From Neocallimastix sp. 'constans' (taxonomy: Eukaryota): a DNA stretch of 64,000 bases. Position 1 is the first letter of the stretch; each line of letters opens with the position of its first letter. The translations under genes and the position numbers were made by a program. Below the pieces are notes generated by a model that saw only the letters and a program-made list of their open reading frames with translations, was not told where the DNA came from and did not search any database. Location: the NCBI GenBank assembly GCA_050613775.1, contig JBODTK010000016.1:1-64000 (forward strand), written 5' to 3'. This document shows, in pieces, positions 42,521 through 55,135 of the stretch.

Positions 42521-45500
42521 GTAAATATCTACCAAAAGATGTTTCATCACCTTTAATTCCATATTACAACTCAGTTTTCCTTAAAGCTAATCCTAAAACC
42601 CCTGGTATGAGAGGACTCTTTATTGGTGTTCATTCTTCGTGCTCTTTCTTCCAAGAACCGTTTTTATACAAATATATCATTTCAGTTAATATTACTTCTT
42701 TTTGGAATCAAAAATGTACTATTGGTAATATCTACTTCCCTCAAAGCAAATGGAAGGAAGCAAGACTAGTTGCTTTTGATGAACTCTCTCAATGGTTACG
42801 TTTTCACAATAGAAAAAATGTTCCGGCTGTCCTAGTTGGTGACTTTAACATGTCATTAAAGAAGATCAAAACATACATTTCAAATAATTTTCCTAATTGG
42901 TATATTGCTCCTTTATATGGTAATCAATTTACATATGCTAAAGGTACTAGATCATCTTGCATTGATCATGTCATCTATAATGAGGCTTTGGCATCCCATA
43001 TTAATAAAACCTCGGTTTGTACTTCGTTTTATGGTATTTCTGATCATAAACCTATTTTACTTTCTTGCAACAAAGTTCTCTCCGATGGTTTTATAAGGCC
43101 TACTAAAGTTTCTAAATGGTCAACTCATATTTGTAAAACAAAAAATTCAGATATTTTATCACATAATTATTTTTCAATCCTAGAAAATGACCTTGATTCT
43201 CATTACAATTCGCTTACGGCTGATGAAATGGTAGAAAAATTTATCAATACAGCAAATAATATCGGGAAAGATATTAAGGCTTTTATTCCAACAAATTTAA
43301 AGGGCTCTGCTTTTCATTGTCCTTATTACATTAAAAAACTATCCCATGAAAAACATATTGCATTTCGGAATATTAAGCCTTACTTTAATTGTGAAAATGT
43401 TGATAATTACCTTGAACAATTTAATAAATATGAAAAACTTTGCAAATTAATCAAGAAAACTAAGAGTAAATTTCGTTCTGCTAGATTTAAGGCTAATATA
43501 GTAAAAATAGGTAATTATTTTTTGAATAAAGATTTCAAAAATGGTTGGAGATGTTTAAAGAAAATGGCTAAACCATCATATTCATCTACCTCCCTTACTT
43601 GCATTAAATCTAAGTTTGGTCAAGATATTATCTCTCCTTCAAAGCAATTAGATAGATGGGCTGAATATTATAAAGATCTTGCTTCGGATCCCTCAGGTCA
43701 CAGCCTTAATCGTAATTACTGGAATCATGCTTTAAGGAATATTAGTCTTAGATCCACTACCTGGAATATAAATGGTCCTATTACGATTGAAGATATTAAA
43801 AAAACTATTTCATCGATGAAAAATAACAAAGCACCCGGCCCCGATGGTATTCCGATTGAATTCTACAAAGCTCTTTTTTGTAACGAAGAATTACTAGAAT
43901 CACATCCTGCTGCTGGAAAGTGTCTAAAATTGATATTTAATAAAATATGGAATGGGTCATTTCCTAAAAAATGGAACTCAGCTTCTATTGTATCAATTCC
44001 TAAGAAGGGTGACCTATCAGATTGTAGTAATTATCGAGGTATTTCTCTCATTAACGTTGGACTAAAAATCATTTCAAAAATTATAACAGATAGAATATCT
44101 ACTTACGCACTCTCACACAATTTCATTAGACCTGAACAATTTGGATTTCGCAACCGCGAAGAATGCATTAGTTTATTCATTTCCGTTAGAGAAATTTGTC
44201 AAAGAAGAAAATTCCAAGGAAAATTCACATATTTAGCTTTTTTAGATCTTAAAAAAGCTTATGATTCAGTTCCTATTTTTAACATTCTTACTAAATTATA
44301 TCACTATGGAGTACGCGGTAAATGTTTTGATTTTCTTTGTAATTTATATACTTCATCTAAAGCACGTGCTCGATTTGCTTCAATGTTATCAAATGAATTT
44401 CCTATTAAAAGAGGTGTTCGTCAAGGTTGTCCTTTATCTCCAATCTTATTCAATTTATTCATCAATGATATACTAAATGACTGTGAAAAGTATGGTGTTA
44501 ATGTTGGAAGAAAAAAGTGTTGTGGTGGACTCTTTGCTGATGATGTTGTTCTCATTGCTCCAAGTGCAAAAAATTTAGAAAAATTATTAAAAAAGGTACA
44601 TAAATGGGCTAATTTAAATGAAATGACTTTTGGTATTGAAAAGTGTGCAACTATGGTTATAAAACCAATGAACTTCCAACCTCCTCCAAACTATAGTGAT
44701 CCAACCTTCTATTTAGGAAAGAATGATATTCCTAAAGTTTCTAGTTATGTCTATCTTGGTATTCCTTTTTCTGATGATCTCCTACTAGAACACATTATAT
44801 CTCACATGCATTTTAAAGTTAGAAAATCCCTTCTTTCATTTACACGTTTCTTTTCAAATAAACTTATTCCTATTGTATACAAGAAAAAAGTTCTTCAATC
44901 CTTTGTTATTAGTAAAGTAATTTATTATTCTCCTTTACTTGGTTCAAACAAATCTAGAACGGCTAGAATTCAAACATTAATTAATACTGGTCTATTTTGG
45001 TGTATCGGTTCCTTCTCTAAAAATGGTAAAACAAATACAGAAAACAATGACTATATTAGACATAATTCAACAATGAGTACTTATGCTTTATCTCGAGATC
45101 TAAGCATCCCTCCTATTGCTGGTATCTGCGCAGCCTTACAGATTAAATCATTTGCAAAATGGAGTAAATCAAACTGTATCATAAAGGATCTTATTAAATC
45201 TATTCCCAAAATGCCTTATTATTCCTGGACTAAAGAATCTAGAACACTATATAAAAAAATCAAAAAATATAAATGTGTAAAATATGACGATATTATAGAA
45301 CGTTACTGGAAATCAGTTTCCAGATTTCAAGGTATTAAAGGTCAAAACTACGATAGTAACAAGTTCTCAAACAATAAAGCTATAATAATGCTTAGCTTAA
45401 AATATCCCCAATTCAACTTAGGATTTTCGTGGATTATACGTTTACGCTGTGGTTATAAATACAATACTACTATTGCTATTAGAATGGGTAGAGTTTCAGA

Positions 45501-46289
45501 AGATTGTCCAAAGTCCTGCCCATGTTGTGGTGAAGGTAATCAATCTTTTGAACATTGGATTTTTAAATGCGATGCTCTTGCATCTTTTAGATGGAATTCT
45601 TTAAATTTCATCGATGATCTCTATGTTTTATTCCTTAGGAAGATTAGAGCGTTTAATCCTCTTTCTTCCTATGACTCTATTTCTGATTTTGAAGATTATA
45701 TCAATCATTATATATACTTGTTCCTTCTTGGTGGGACTTTAGTTTTAAATGAACTACATTTCGATAGTGGGGAACAGAGACATTTAAATGAACTACTTTT
45801 CAAAGGTTCATCTGAGTCACCTGTTCCAAAAATTGTGGGCTTTGCGGAATTCTTAACAAATGCAATACCTATCATAAGTAGTTCGTTTGAGCTATTATTT
45901 GATAGGTATTGCAAAATATCAAACTTAACCAAGAGCGTCGACGTCGTACTGATAAGGCATAATGAAAATACAGGATTATCATCTATTACTACGAAGGGTG
46001 ATTCTCGCCCTAGTAGCTCAATAAATGATGAATCCGGGGAGAGTTTAGTGGACACCACACTATCTATTTTAAGGATGTTACTTCTAAATTTTATTTCTTT
46101 TTTATTTGATAGGAAGGGTAAAATTCCCGCATAGTACAACTTGCCGAAATACATAGTATTTTCGAGCTTTTTTATTTTTTATTTTTTATTTTTTAATTTT
46201 TTATTTTTAATTTCTAATGTACTTTTCACCTACATGTATTTTTTAAAATAAAATTTAATAAAGTTTTTGGAAGTGTATTCTCTTCCCTG

Positions 46290-46342
<53 letters not shown>
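42521..46342 (+). mobile_element. 5'-truncated non-LTR retrotransposon (LINE) with 3' UTR and 50-nt poly(A) tail, inserted in a (TA)n tract
   Basis: Abrupt composition change at 42521 after (TA)10. AATAAA at 46247 and 46257; A-run at 46293-46342; TATATATA resumes at 46343. Confidence 0.93.
42607..46134 (+). CDS. LINE ORF2: partial AP endonuclease, reverse transcriptase and CCHC zinc knuckle
   Basis: Endonuclease motifs VGDFN, SCIDH and SDHKP. RT motifs KAPGPDGIP, NYRGISL, EQFGFR, FLDLKKAYDSV, GVRQGCPLSPILFN, LFADD and YLGI. Knuckle CPCCGEGNQSFEHWIFKC. The frame stays open upstream to the 42521 junction, so the ATG at 42607 is internal. Confidence 0.95.
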   Translation: MRGLFIGVHSSCSFFQEPFLYKYIISVNITSFWNQKCTIGNIYFPQSKWKEARLVAFDELSQWLRFHNRKNVPAVLVGDFNMSLKKIKTYISNNFPNWYIAPLYGNQFTYAKGTRSSCIDHVIYNEALASHINKTSVCTSFYGISDHKPILLSCNKVLSDGFIRPTKVSKWSTHICKTKNSDILSHNYFSILENDLDSHYNSLTADEMVEKFINTANNIGKDIKAFIPTNLKGSAFHCPYYIKKLSHEKHIAFRNIKPYFNCENVDNYLEQFNKYEKLCKLIKKTKSKFRSARFKANIVKIGNYFLNKDFKNGWRCLKKMAKPSYSSTSLTCIKSKFGQDIISPSKQLDRWAEYYKDLASDPSGHSLNRNYWNHALRNISLRSTTWNINGPITIEDIKKTISSMKNNKAPGPDGIPIEFYKALFCNEELLESHPAAGKCLKLIFNKIWNGSFPKKWNSASIVSIPKKGDLSDCSNYRGISLINVGLKIISKIITDRISTYALSHNFIRPEQFGFRNREECISLFISVREICQRRKFQGKFTYLAFLDLKKAYDSVPIFNILTKLYHYGVRGKCFDFLCNLYTSSKARARFASMLSNEFPIKRGVRQGCPLSPILFNLFINDILNDCEKYGVNVGRKKCCGGLFADDVVLIAPSAKNLEKLLKKVHKWANLNEMTFGIEKCATMVIKPMNFQPPPNYSDPTFYLGKNDIPKVSSYVYLGIPFSDDLLLEHIISHMHFKVRKSLLSFTRFFSNKLIPIVYKKKVLQSFVISKVIYYSPLLGSNKSRTARIQTLINTGLFWCIGSFSKNGKTNTENNDYIRHNSTMSTYALSRDLSIPPIAGICAALQIKSFAKWSKSNCIIKDLIKSIPKMPYYSWTKESRTLYKKIKKYKCVKYDDIIERYWKSVSRFQGIKGQNYDSNKFSNNKAIIMLSLKYPQFNLGFSWIIRLRCGYKYNTTIAIRMGRVSEDCPKSCPCCGEGNQSFEHWIFKCDALASFRWNSLNFIDDLYVLFLRKIRAFNPLSSYDSISDFEDYINHYIYLFLLGGTLVLNELHFDSGEQRHLNELLFKGSSESPVPKIVGFAEFLTNAIPIISSSFELLFDRYCKISNLTKSVDVVLIRHNENTGLSSITTKGDSRPSSSINDESGESLVDTTLSILRMLLLNFISFLFDRKGKIPA

Positions 46343-46346
<4 letters not shown>

Positions 46347-46552
46347 TATAATAATCATTAAATATACATTTATTTATCTTATTTAATTTTTTTTATTAAA
46401 TAATTATCTAATTTATTTTATTTGTTTTATTTTGGTTATTATTTATTATTTTATTAATTAAATAATTAAATAACAACGAAGAATAAAGATAAATATTTAA
46501 ATTAAAATAAGAAATTATTAGTTACATTTGAACAGTTTATTGATTATATATG

Positions 46553-46745
46553 TATAAACAATTATTGATTTCTATAAAATAAATAATGACTAAAAACATT
46601 TTTCATATTAAAATATAATCTAATTAATATGATAAAATATATATATATTATCTTTTAAATTTATTTATATTTATTATAAACAATTATTAATTTCTATAAA
46701 ATAAATAATGGCTAAAAACATTTTTCATATTAAAATATAATCTAA
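46553..46745. repeat. Two-copy direct repeat (~70-bp core, ~122-bp period) just 3' of the SBP-7TM gene
   Basis: TATAAACAATTATT(G/A)ATTTCTATAAAATAAATAATG(A/G)CTAAAAACATTTTTCATATTAAAATATAATCTAA at ~46553 and ~46675. Confidence 0.8.
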
Positions 46746-46849
46746 ATATATATTTTTTAAATTTATTTATATTTATTTGTTTGATCAAATATTAGAATTT
46801 TTGTTAAAACAAACTCTAATAAATATATATATTTATTATCTTAATTATT

Positions 46850-49319
46850 TCAGTTAGGCATTCTTGATTCTCTGTAATGATAATATAATAGTTTATTGGA
46901 AACTTTAGATTTTTTACTACTACTGTCATTCGATAAAGAACTTTTAGTAGTTGACGTTAATCTATTTTGAGTACTCATTCTAACCTGAATGTTATATTCA
47001 TTTTTATCATTTTTAAATAAAAAGACAACTATTCTATAACCATAGATAAATAAATAATTCGAAAATGAAACAATTAAAATATTACTTGAAAGAATTAAAT
47101 TATAGTCGACATAACTATTCATTTCTAATTTATTTACAGCATAATATATAATCATTGAAAGAAAATTAATAAAAAGACCTGAACTTAAAAATCTTATATC
47201 ATAGTATGTTTCTTTGATATTCCATTCCAAGAAAACCAGAATTAAAATTGAAAGTATTATTATACCATTGAATATTAATATACTATATATTATATTGTTT
47301 CCAAAATTTCCAATCATTTTACATTTCTGAGAATTTTCTCCTTCTTCAATAATGATGTTATAAACACTATAGGATTTAATGCCTAATAAACTTAAAATAA
47401 TTAAATCAATTAAAAGAATACCAATTAAAAATAAATATTTATTATTTTTAATCCATTTGGTTATTTTATTATTATCATCAGTTAGATTTATTATTAATTT
47501 ATGTATGATTGGAATTATACTTAATGTAAATCCAAAAGATAGTAATGATATTCTTAATCCGCATTTGAATTTTGTTACATTACCATATAAAGTCAACATG
47601 GAACTCATTAATATGAAATTTCCTAACAAAAAAATAATCCAAAAATCTTTTGATAAAAATTTAAAATAGTTATTATACTTTTTTATAAATAGAAATGCTA
47701 CGGTTGCACACATAATAAATGCGATTACTAAATATATAATAAAAACTATAAAACCTGAAGATGTATCTTCTCTTGATATTGAAAACTTATAATATTTTGT
47801 TAAATCGTCTATCTTTTTCAATACATGTGATAATGCTTCATTTCCATAAATATATTCATAAAAATATTGTCTGTATCTCTCATTATAATAATCAATGTCA
47901 TATACTCCTGTGTTAAATTGTACGAATGAAAAAGGTTGGATACTTTTAACGAATTCACAGTCTGTATATGAACATACCACTGGATCGTCATATAAATTAT
48001 CAATAGCTGAAAATATATGATCTTCATGCATAGATCTTTTTTGTATTTCTTCAGATGTAATAAATTCTAATACTTTAATTGCTGATTCAATATTCTTTGA
48101 ATATTTACTTATTGCAATATTATAACCACCAACTAAAGTACCTGATACCCCTTCTTCTTTAGCTGATGGTATAGGTGATTTGAAAAATGGAATAGGATAA
48201 TCTAGATACCAAAATTTTAAAAATATTGATTTTCCAGTAAATAATTTTTCAAGTAAATATCCATCGTCCTTTTTGAATTCTTCTCCTATTTATATTATTA
48301 TTAATAGATGATTTTAAATAATTAAAATAATATATATATAAACATGATAAAAATAAATAAGTAATATATATGTTTATAAATAATCATTTTTTTACTTTAT
48401 TTTTTTTTATTCAATCTGTTCTTTATATTCATATTCTACTATTTTTTTTATTTTATTTTATTCAGTCAGTACTTTATATTCATATTATACTATTTATTAT
48501 ATTTTATTTTATTCAATCTGTAGTTTATATTCAACTATTTATTTTACTTTATTTTATTTTATTTTATTTTATTTTATTTTATTTTATTTTATTTTATTTT
48601 TTATTCTATTTAAAATATACTTTATATTCATATTATATTATTTATTTTATCTCATTCTATTTTTTATTCTATTTAAAATGTACTTTATATCCATATTATA
48701 CTATTTTTTTTTTTTTTCAATTTTTTTTTATTATTTTATTTTTTTTTCAATTTTTATTTTATTATTTTATTTTTTTTTTATTTTATTTTATTCAATTATT
48801 ACTTTATATTTTAACTATTTATTATATACTATTATATTTAGTTTAGTCATACTTTTTTTAAATTACTAAAATTCTTGATATTAAAATTTACCTTGTGTAA
48901 TTTCATCTTTCATTCTTTTTATCATTTTCAAGGCATCCATTGTTTTTTGGCTTTTAATGTCTGGATGTGGTTCTCTTGGAGCATCTTTAAATGAATGTAT
49001 CATTTCAAATATTGATAAATTTCCTTCTTCACTATCTAAAATTTGGGATATTATTTTTAGATTATTTTTTTCAAAAGATTAATACATTTATAAATATAAT
49101 AAAATAAAATAACAATTATTAATTCATACCATTAAATAAACCATTATAAGCAATTAAATTATTATCTTTTTCTCCCTCTAAAATACGCTTACTAGTATTG
49201 ATTAATTGGTCCCATGTTTTTGGGATTGTTTCATTATATGTATTTAGAAGATTTATATTGGAATACAAACAATCAATATCTAATGTAACAGGCTTAATAA
49301 TAATAATTGAATTAATATT

Positions 49320-49391
<72 letters not shown>

Positions 49392-49961
49392 TTTATTTTA
49401 TCTAATTTATAATAAAAAGTAGCAAATATAATATTTACCAAACCAACTATAACATTATTATATAAGCATACATTTTTAATAACATCTTTATCAAATTTTT
49501 CAATATGTTCTTTTGACAGATATTTTTCTAAATTTACAAAATAAGGACCATATTTTTCAGTATAAGAACCATAATAAAAATATATATCATATTTAACTGA
49601 ATTCCTGAAAAGAAGGTTTTCGATCATATTTGAATAATTATTTAAATAAGATGTTGAATTGTTGGGCGTTAATGTGGTTAATTGAAATTTAATATTTAAA
49701 TTATTTTTTTCTGCATATCTATTAAATTCATTCATAAGTCTTGTATAAAATTGTACTCTTTCATTATAAGTAAAAGCTAGTCCATTAATTTTCACAACTT
49801 TTGTGGCATCTTTTTTTTAAAATTATTATAAAAAATTCAATAAGAAATAAAAATTATTATATATATACTAAAAAAATGGAGAAAGAAAAAAAATTGTAAA
49901 TAATACACTTACATATATTAATAAAAAGTAATAATATTAATAATATTTTTAGATAAATCAT
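46850..49961 (-). CDS. Receptor fusion: signal peptide, periplasmic-type sugar solute-binding domain and 7TM (class C GPCR-like) domain; paralog 1, 5 exons
   Basis: Exons ~49961-49913, 49809-49439, 49292-49130, 49035-48892 and 48286-46850 join in frame. Signal peptide MIYLKILLILLLFINI. SBP-like motifs GLPVTLDIDCLYSNINLL...IPKTWDQL, GVSGTLVGGYNIAI and AIKVLEFITSEEIQK. Seven hydrophobic helices with Cys in KCGLR and ENSQKCK. Confidence 0.85.
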
Positions 49962-51201
49962 TTTTAAATATTTAATTTTTTTTATGATAATAAATTTATA
50001 TTAAAAAAGAAAAGATAAAAAAAAAAGATCTTTTACAAAATTTTATAAAATTTTATAAATATAATTAAATACTTTCTTTTATTTTTTATAATAAAGACCT
50101 GTATATTAGTTATTTATAAATTATAAATATTTGTAATAATAATGGGACATTATATAATAATAATGATAACAAATTTTGTTTTTATTAAAATCATTATATA
50201 TATTAATAAAGTTCTTTTTTATAAATTATTTTATAATATTAATTGTTTAAATTATTTATAAATTAGATTTTTATCTTTAAAATTTTAATATTATTAGCCT
50301 TTTCTATATAAAGTTAATTATTATTAATTATTAATTTTTATTTCTTTATATTTTTTAATATACTTTATTTCGAACATGCTTTTAATGTTTTTATCTCTCG
50401 TTTCTTTTTTTTCTTTTTTTTTTTTTTAACTTTATTTTATTAATTATAAATAATTCTTATTTAGTTAATTATATATTAAATATATTTTTTTGTTTCTAAT
50501 TTCTTTCTTTTTTTTTTATTATTATATTATATTTTATTCCAAAAAAAAAAAAACATATATATATATATGCATAATATTTCTATCTCTCTTTTTATATAAT
50601 ATATATATAATATTTATAAATAGATAATATCTAAAAATATAAGAGAAAAAAAATTTTTTTTTTATTCTTTTGAAAATATTATTATATAAAAAATATATAA
50701 TTTATATAAAATGAAATAATTATATTATTAATAATGATAAATTACTTTTAAATGTAAAAATCTTATTAAATAATTCAAAAAAATTAAAACATTTTATTAT
50801 TATTATTATTTTAATTTTGAGTTGAAATAGTACTTTTCCTTAATATTATTAATTTATGATTTATATTGTTCGTAAATATTAAATACATATATATTACAAG
50901 CAACGAAATTTGAAACAAATTTCTTTTAAAAAAAAATATTTTAAATCTTTTTTTTTTTTTTTAATATTTTGAAACTATTTTTTTTTAAAAAAGTTTATAA
51001 ACTTTTTTTATATTTAATAATTCAATTAGAAAATCAATAATCTTATACAAAATAAACATTAAATTTTTTATTTCACCAATATAAGTTTTTTTTTAAAAAA
51101 AAAAAAGTTTAATATCTTATTTTCTATATTTATTTATGATATAATGAATAAAGTTTGAAATTTTACTTTTAATTTCACTGATTAGATTTATAAATATTAT
51201 T

Positions 51202-51397
51202 TGTTAAGGAGTCACACAGAATGTGGTACACACATGATATTTATATTATTATATATTTATTTATTTATTAATTATTATTTTATATTTTATAATAAAAGGA
51301 CTCAATTATTTAATATTATACATTAATTCAATATTTAATTTATCATACATTATATCATTGCTATACTTTATAATATTTTAATGTACATTACTTAACA
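51202..51397 (-). repeat. 3' LTR of the copia element (196 bp)
   Basis: TGTTAAGGAGTCACACAGAATGTGGT...CTTAACA; direct repeat of 54459-54662. Confidence 0.9.
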
Positions 51398-54300
51398 TTT
51401 AGTGTTTATTATTTCATTATTTATATATATATAAAATAAAAAAAACAAAAAATTTATAAATTTTTTTTTAATCTGTAAAAATTAAATTTGTAAAACGATT
51501 CATTTTTATGCCTGTAATACTTTTGTTAGAGGATCGGCTAACATATTTTCAGTGTTAATATATTCTAATATAATATTATTGTTATTTATTTCTTCTTGTA
51601 TAAATTTATATCTAGTATCTATGTGTATACATCGGCCTTTTGAATTTGTATCTTGAGCTATTACTATACAAGCTTTATCATATACCATAATTTTAATTTT
51701 TATTTCTTTATTAAATATTTCTTTAAATAAATTTTTAAAACAAATACTTTGTTTTGTACATTCAGTCAAACTTACAAATTCAGTTTCTGCTGTGGATAGA
51801 GTTACGCTTTTTTGTTGTGGAGATTTCCATGAAATTGGACTACCATCAAGTAAGAAGATGAAACCCTAGTTGATCTTCTTGCTTTTTCATCACATTCAAA
51901 ATCTGAATCAGAATATTCAATGAATTTGTATTGTATTTTTTAAAACCAATAATAATATCATTAGAATCATGTGAGAAAGTCTAAAAAAAAATTAGAATTA
52001 TTACTTTCCCCCTCAATTAATTAATCCTTGAAATTAATAATAGTGTTAATACATTTATTGCAAAAGAGAGTAGTATTAATAGTACCAGGTATATCTGCTA
52101 AAAAATAAACATCTCTGGCAGTAATAATAGAATTAGTAGAAACATCTAAAAATTTTATAACCAAGAGAATCACTTGTATAATCAAGGAAAATACCAGGTT
52201 TGGAATTATTTTCAAATTTATTGGATTTATGATTATTATAAAAGATGGCTTTACAACCAAAAACTTTAAGATGTGCAATATCAACGAGTTTGTTGAAAAA
52301 TAATTCATTAGGTATTTTATTTTCAATACTCTGATGAGGGTTAATTTATACAAATAAACAGTGCATAAAATATCGGAATCTCAGAAATTGAGAGGAAGTT
52401 TAGCAGAATTCAATAAAGTCGTTACACAATTGTTTAAATTTTTGTTTAAGCGTTCAGTGCAACAATTTTGCCGAGGATTTCCTAGAGTAGAATGAATAAA
52501 ATTAAAATTAATACCTTTAGATTCCATAAATATTTAATTAAATTTTTATATAAAAAGATAAAAGAATTATATATTCTGATTTTGCATTGGTGACAATTTT
52601 TAAGTTATAAAGTTTCAAATGTTCGATAACAAAATTTTGTATATTTTTATTATCGTAATGACCTAATCTTGCGTGCCATAAAACAGTATTTCTATGAAAA
52701 ACATGATTTTTTAAAGTAACATTATTAATTGGTATGGCATCAAAAGAAAATAAATTTTCGTCATCTGTATAAATATTTGCTTTTAATTTATTATTTTTTA
52801 TTATCTGTAATTTGTCCTTATTATTAATATTTTCCATAATTATTTTACATCCATTTTTTTAGTATAGAATATGTTGAAATTAAATTATTTTTGATATTTG
52901 ACGAGTAATAAGCATTAGATAAAATAAATTTATTATTTCTAAATCTGCCATTATAAGTTCCTATATGTTTTATTTCATCTAAATTTCCGTTTGGAAAAGT
53001 AATATTTTTATTGCTAACGTCATTAATGTCTTTTAAATAATTTAATTCATTTGTTAGGTTGATTCCAGTCCCACTATCAATAATCCAATGTGTGGATTTA
53101 TTTTCTTTTTTAAAGTTTGTGCTATTACAGTTTTTAATTACTGAGATACTACCAGTAAAATTAATATATGTTTCATCCTTAAAATCATTCTCATCATTAT
53201 ATTCATTGAATTGTCAGAAATATTATCATCATTACTGTAATTATAATTATCTTCATTAATATTACTTGAATGATAATTGTTATTATTTCGTTTTAAATTA
53301 AACTTAATGTTATTATTGTTATTATGATTTTTATAATTATTTTTATTATTAAAACTATTATTTTTATAATTATTGCTTTCTTTATTTAAAAAATCAAATT
53401 TACAAAAACCAGTAGAATGACCTTTAACTTTACAGATATAATATTCTTTATTAGAATCAATATTATTATGAGATTTTCCTTTGTTCAAATTATTGATATT
53501 TAAATCAATAGACATATTATTTGAGTATTTTAATATATTTGTCTTTTCGAAAAAGTCGTATCTTTTATATAATTCATTAATTAAATCATTAAAATTATTA
53601 AAACAGCATAGAAGAGGTGAATTAATACCAATTTTATCTAGTTCAATAGATGAATATAAAAGTTTTGTTTCTTCATCCATTGATTTTTTATTTAAATTTT
53701 CACATTCAGTTTGATATTGTTCAAAAAGATTATTTAATTCATTGATATACTGAATATAATCATTATTATTAATTTTAAATTTTTTATTTTTTGTTCTATG
53801 ATATTTAATAATGCTTGTCCAGATTGATAGTAGTGCCTTTTCAGTCTTTGCATCATTTGTTAGGTAGTTCTACATCCACTAAGGTAATATTAATTTTATT
53901 CAGGCTATTAATTATTATTGACTGGATATTTTATATGTTTTCTATTCATAATTTTAATATCTGTTTGTTTTTCAATAAAATATCTAAATCATTGGCAATT
54001 AAATCTCTTCTTAATGGTTCATGCCAATCAAGGAAATTTTCTTTTGACATTTCATAATTTTATATATCAAAATCTGTTTTTGATATAAAAGATTTTGAAA
54101 TGTCAAAAGTAAATTACCATAATATTTATCAATTTTATTAATGATAATATTTTTGTTATTATTAGGATTATCATCAAAATCAAACAGATCAGAATGGTTT
54201 GTAACATCAACATTTTCAGAATCATCATGTGTAATTGGGGAGATAGCTTCATTTTCCTTACAATCAGTTGGAGTTGATGAACTAGAGCTCTCTTCAATTG

Positions 54301-54458
54301 CTTTTTTATTATTTTTCTCTTAGGCATTATGATGAACATAAAATAAAAAATAAAATAAAATAAAAATAAATTATTATTTATTAAAATTTAATAATATCAT
54401 AAAATGTTTTATAACAAAAAAAAAAAAAATATGTCACTCAGCATTGAGACTCCTAATC

Positions 54459-54662
54459 TGTTAAGGAGTCACACAGAATGTGGTGTACACAAACACGATA
54501 TTTGTATATTATATATTTATTTATTTATTAATTATTATTTTATATTTTATGATAAAAGGACTCAATTATTTAATATTATACATTAAATCAATATTTAATA
54601 TTTAATCTATTACATACATTATATCATTAATATACTTTATAATATCTTAATATATATTAACA
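54459..54662 (-). repeat. 5' LTR of the copia element (204 bp)
   Basis: TGTTAAGGAGTCACACAGAATGTGGT...ATTAACA; differs from the 3' LTR by several substitutions and indels. Confidence 0.9.
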
Positions 54663-54931
54663 TTATAAAATCAAAATAATAATAATAATAAGAGTAAATA
54701 AGAAAATAAAAAGTATTGGTAAATTTATAATTTTTATTGATATACAACAATACGCATATAATTATAACTTATTAATGTTATATTAATATAAATAAATAAT
54801 AGTCATATTAACAATGATATTTATTTTTTAAAATTAAGAAATAACAATTAACAATAATAATGGTAAATTGTATTTTTAGAAAGATATGAAATAATAATGT
54901 ATTATATAATAATTTCATCTAATAATTATAT

Positions 54932-54982
<51 letters not shown>

Positions 54983-55135
54983 TACAATAATTATATTTCA
55001 AAACAAAAAAAAATATTTTACATATTAAATGTACAACTATAATAGATTTATATTGCTTTAAAATTTATAATTAAATTTAAATTACTTTCTTTTTTTATTA
55101 AAAGAAATATTTATTAAATATTAAGTATTTTCATT

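Larger units (their letters stand above)
51202..54662 (-). mobile_element. Degenerate, internally deleted Ty1/copia LTR retrotransposon
   Basis: Two LTRs TGTTAA...TTAACA; flanks TTATT/TTATA are a 4/5 match to a 5-bp TSD. Minus-strand order: gag zinc knuckle (ICKVKGHSTGFC), protease (HWIIDSGTG, ~53065-53095), LWHARLGH, integrase fragment (NPRQNCCTERLN), then RNase H (YSDSDF...SWKS...LSTAETE...HIDTRYKFI...MLADPLTK). The RT region is absent; there are many stops and frameshifts. Confidence 0.93.

Noticed and set aside
42607..46134. Reading the RT as a retron, group II intron, DGR or telomerase
   Set aside because: The AP endonuclease, CCHC knuckle and poly(A) tail identify a LINE.
48370..48869. 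158-aa and 63-aa plus-strand ORFs
   Set aside because: They lie in intron 4 of receptor paralog 1 and come from a degenerate ~42-bp repeat plus (TTTTA)n.
54404..54586. 60-aa ORF across the 5' LTR, and ORFs at 57415-57768 and 58228-58440
   Set aside because: LTR, antisense or microsatellite-derived frames without coding features.
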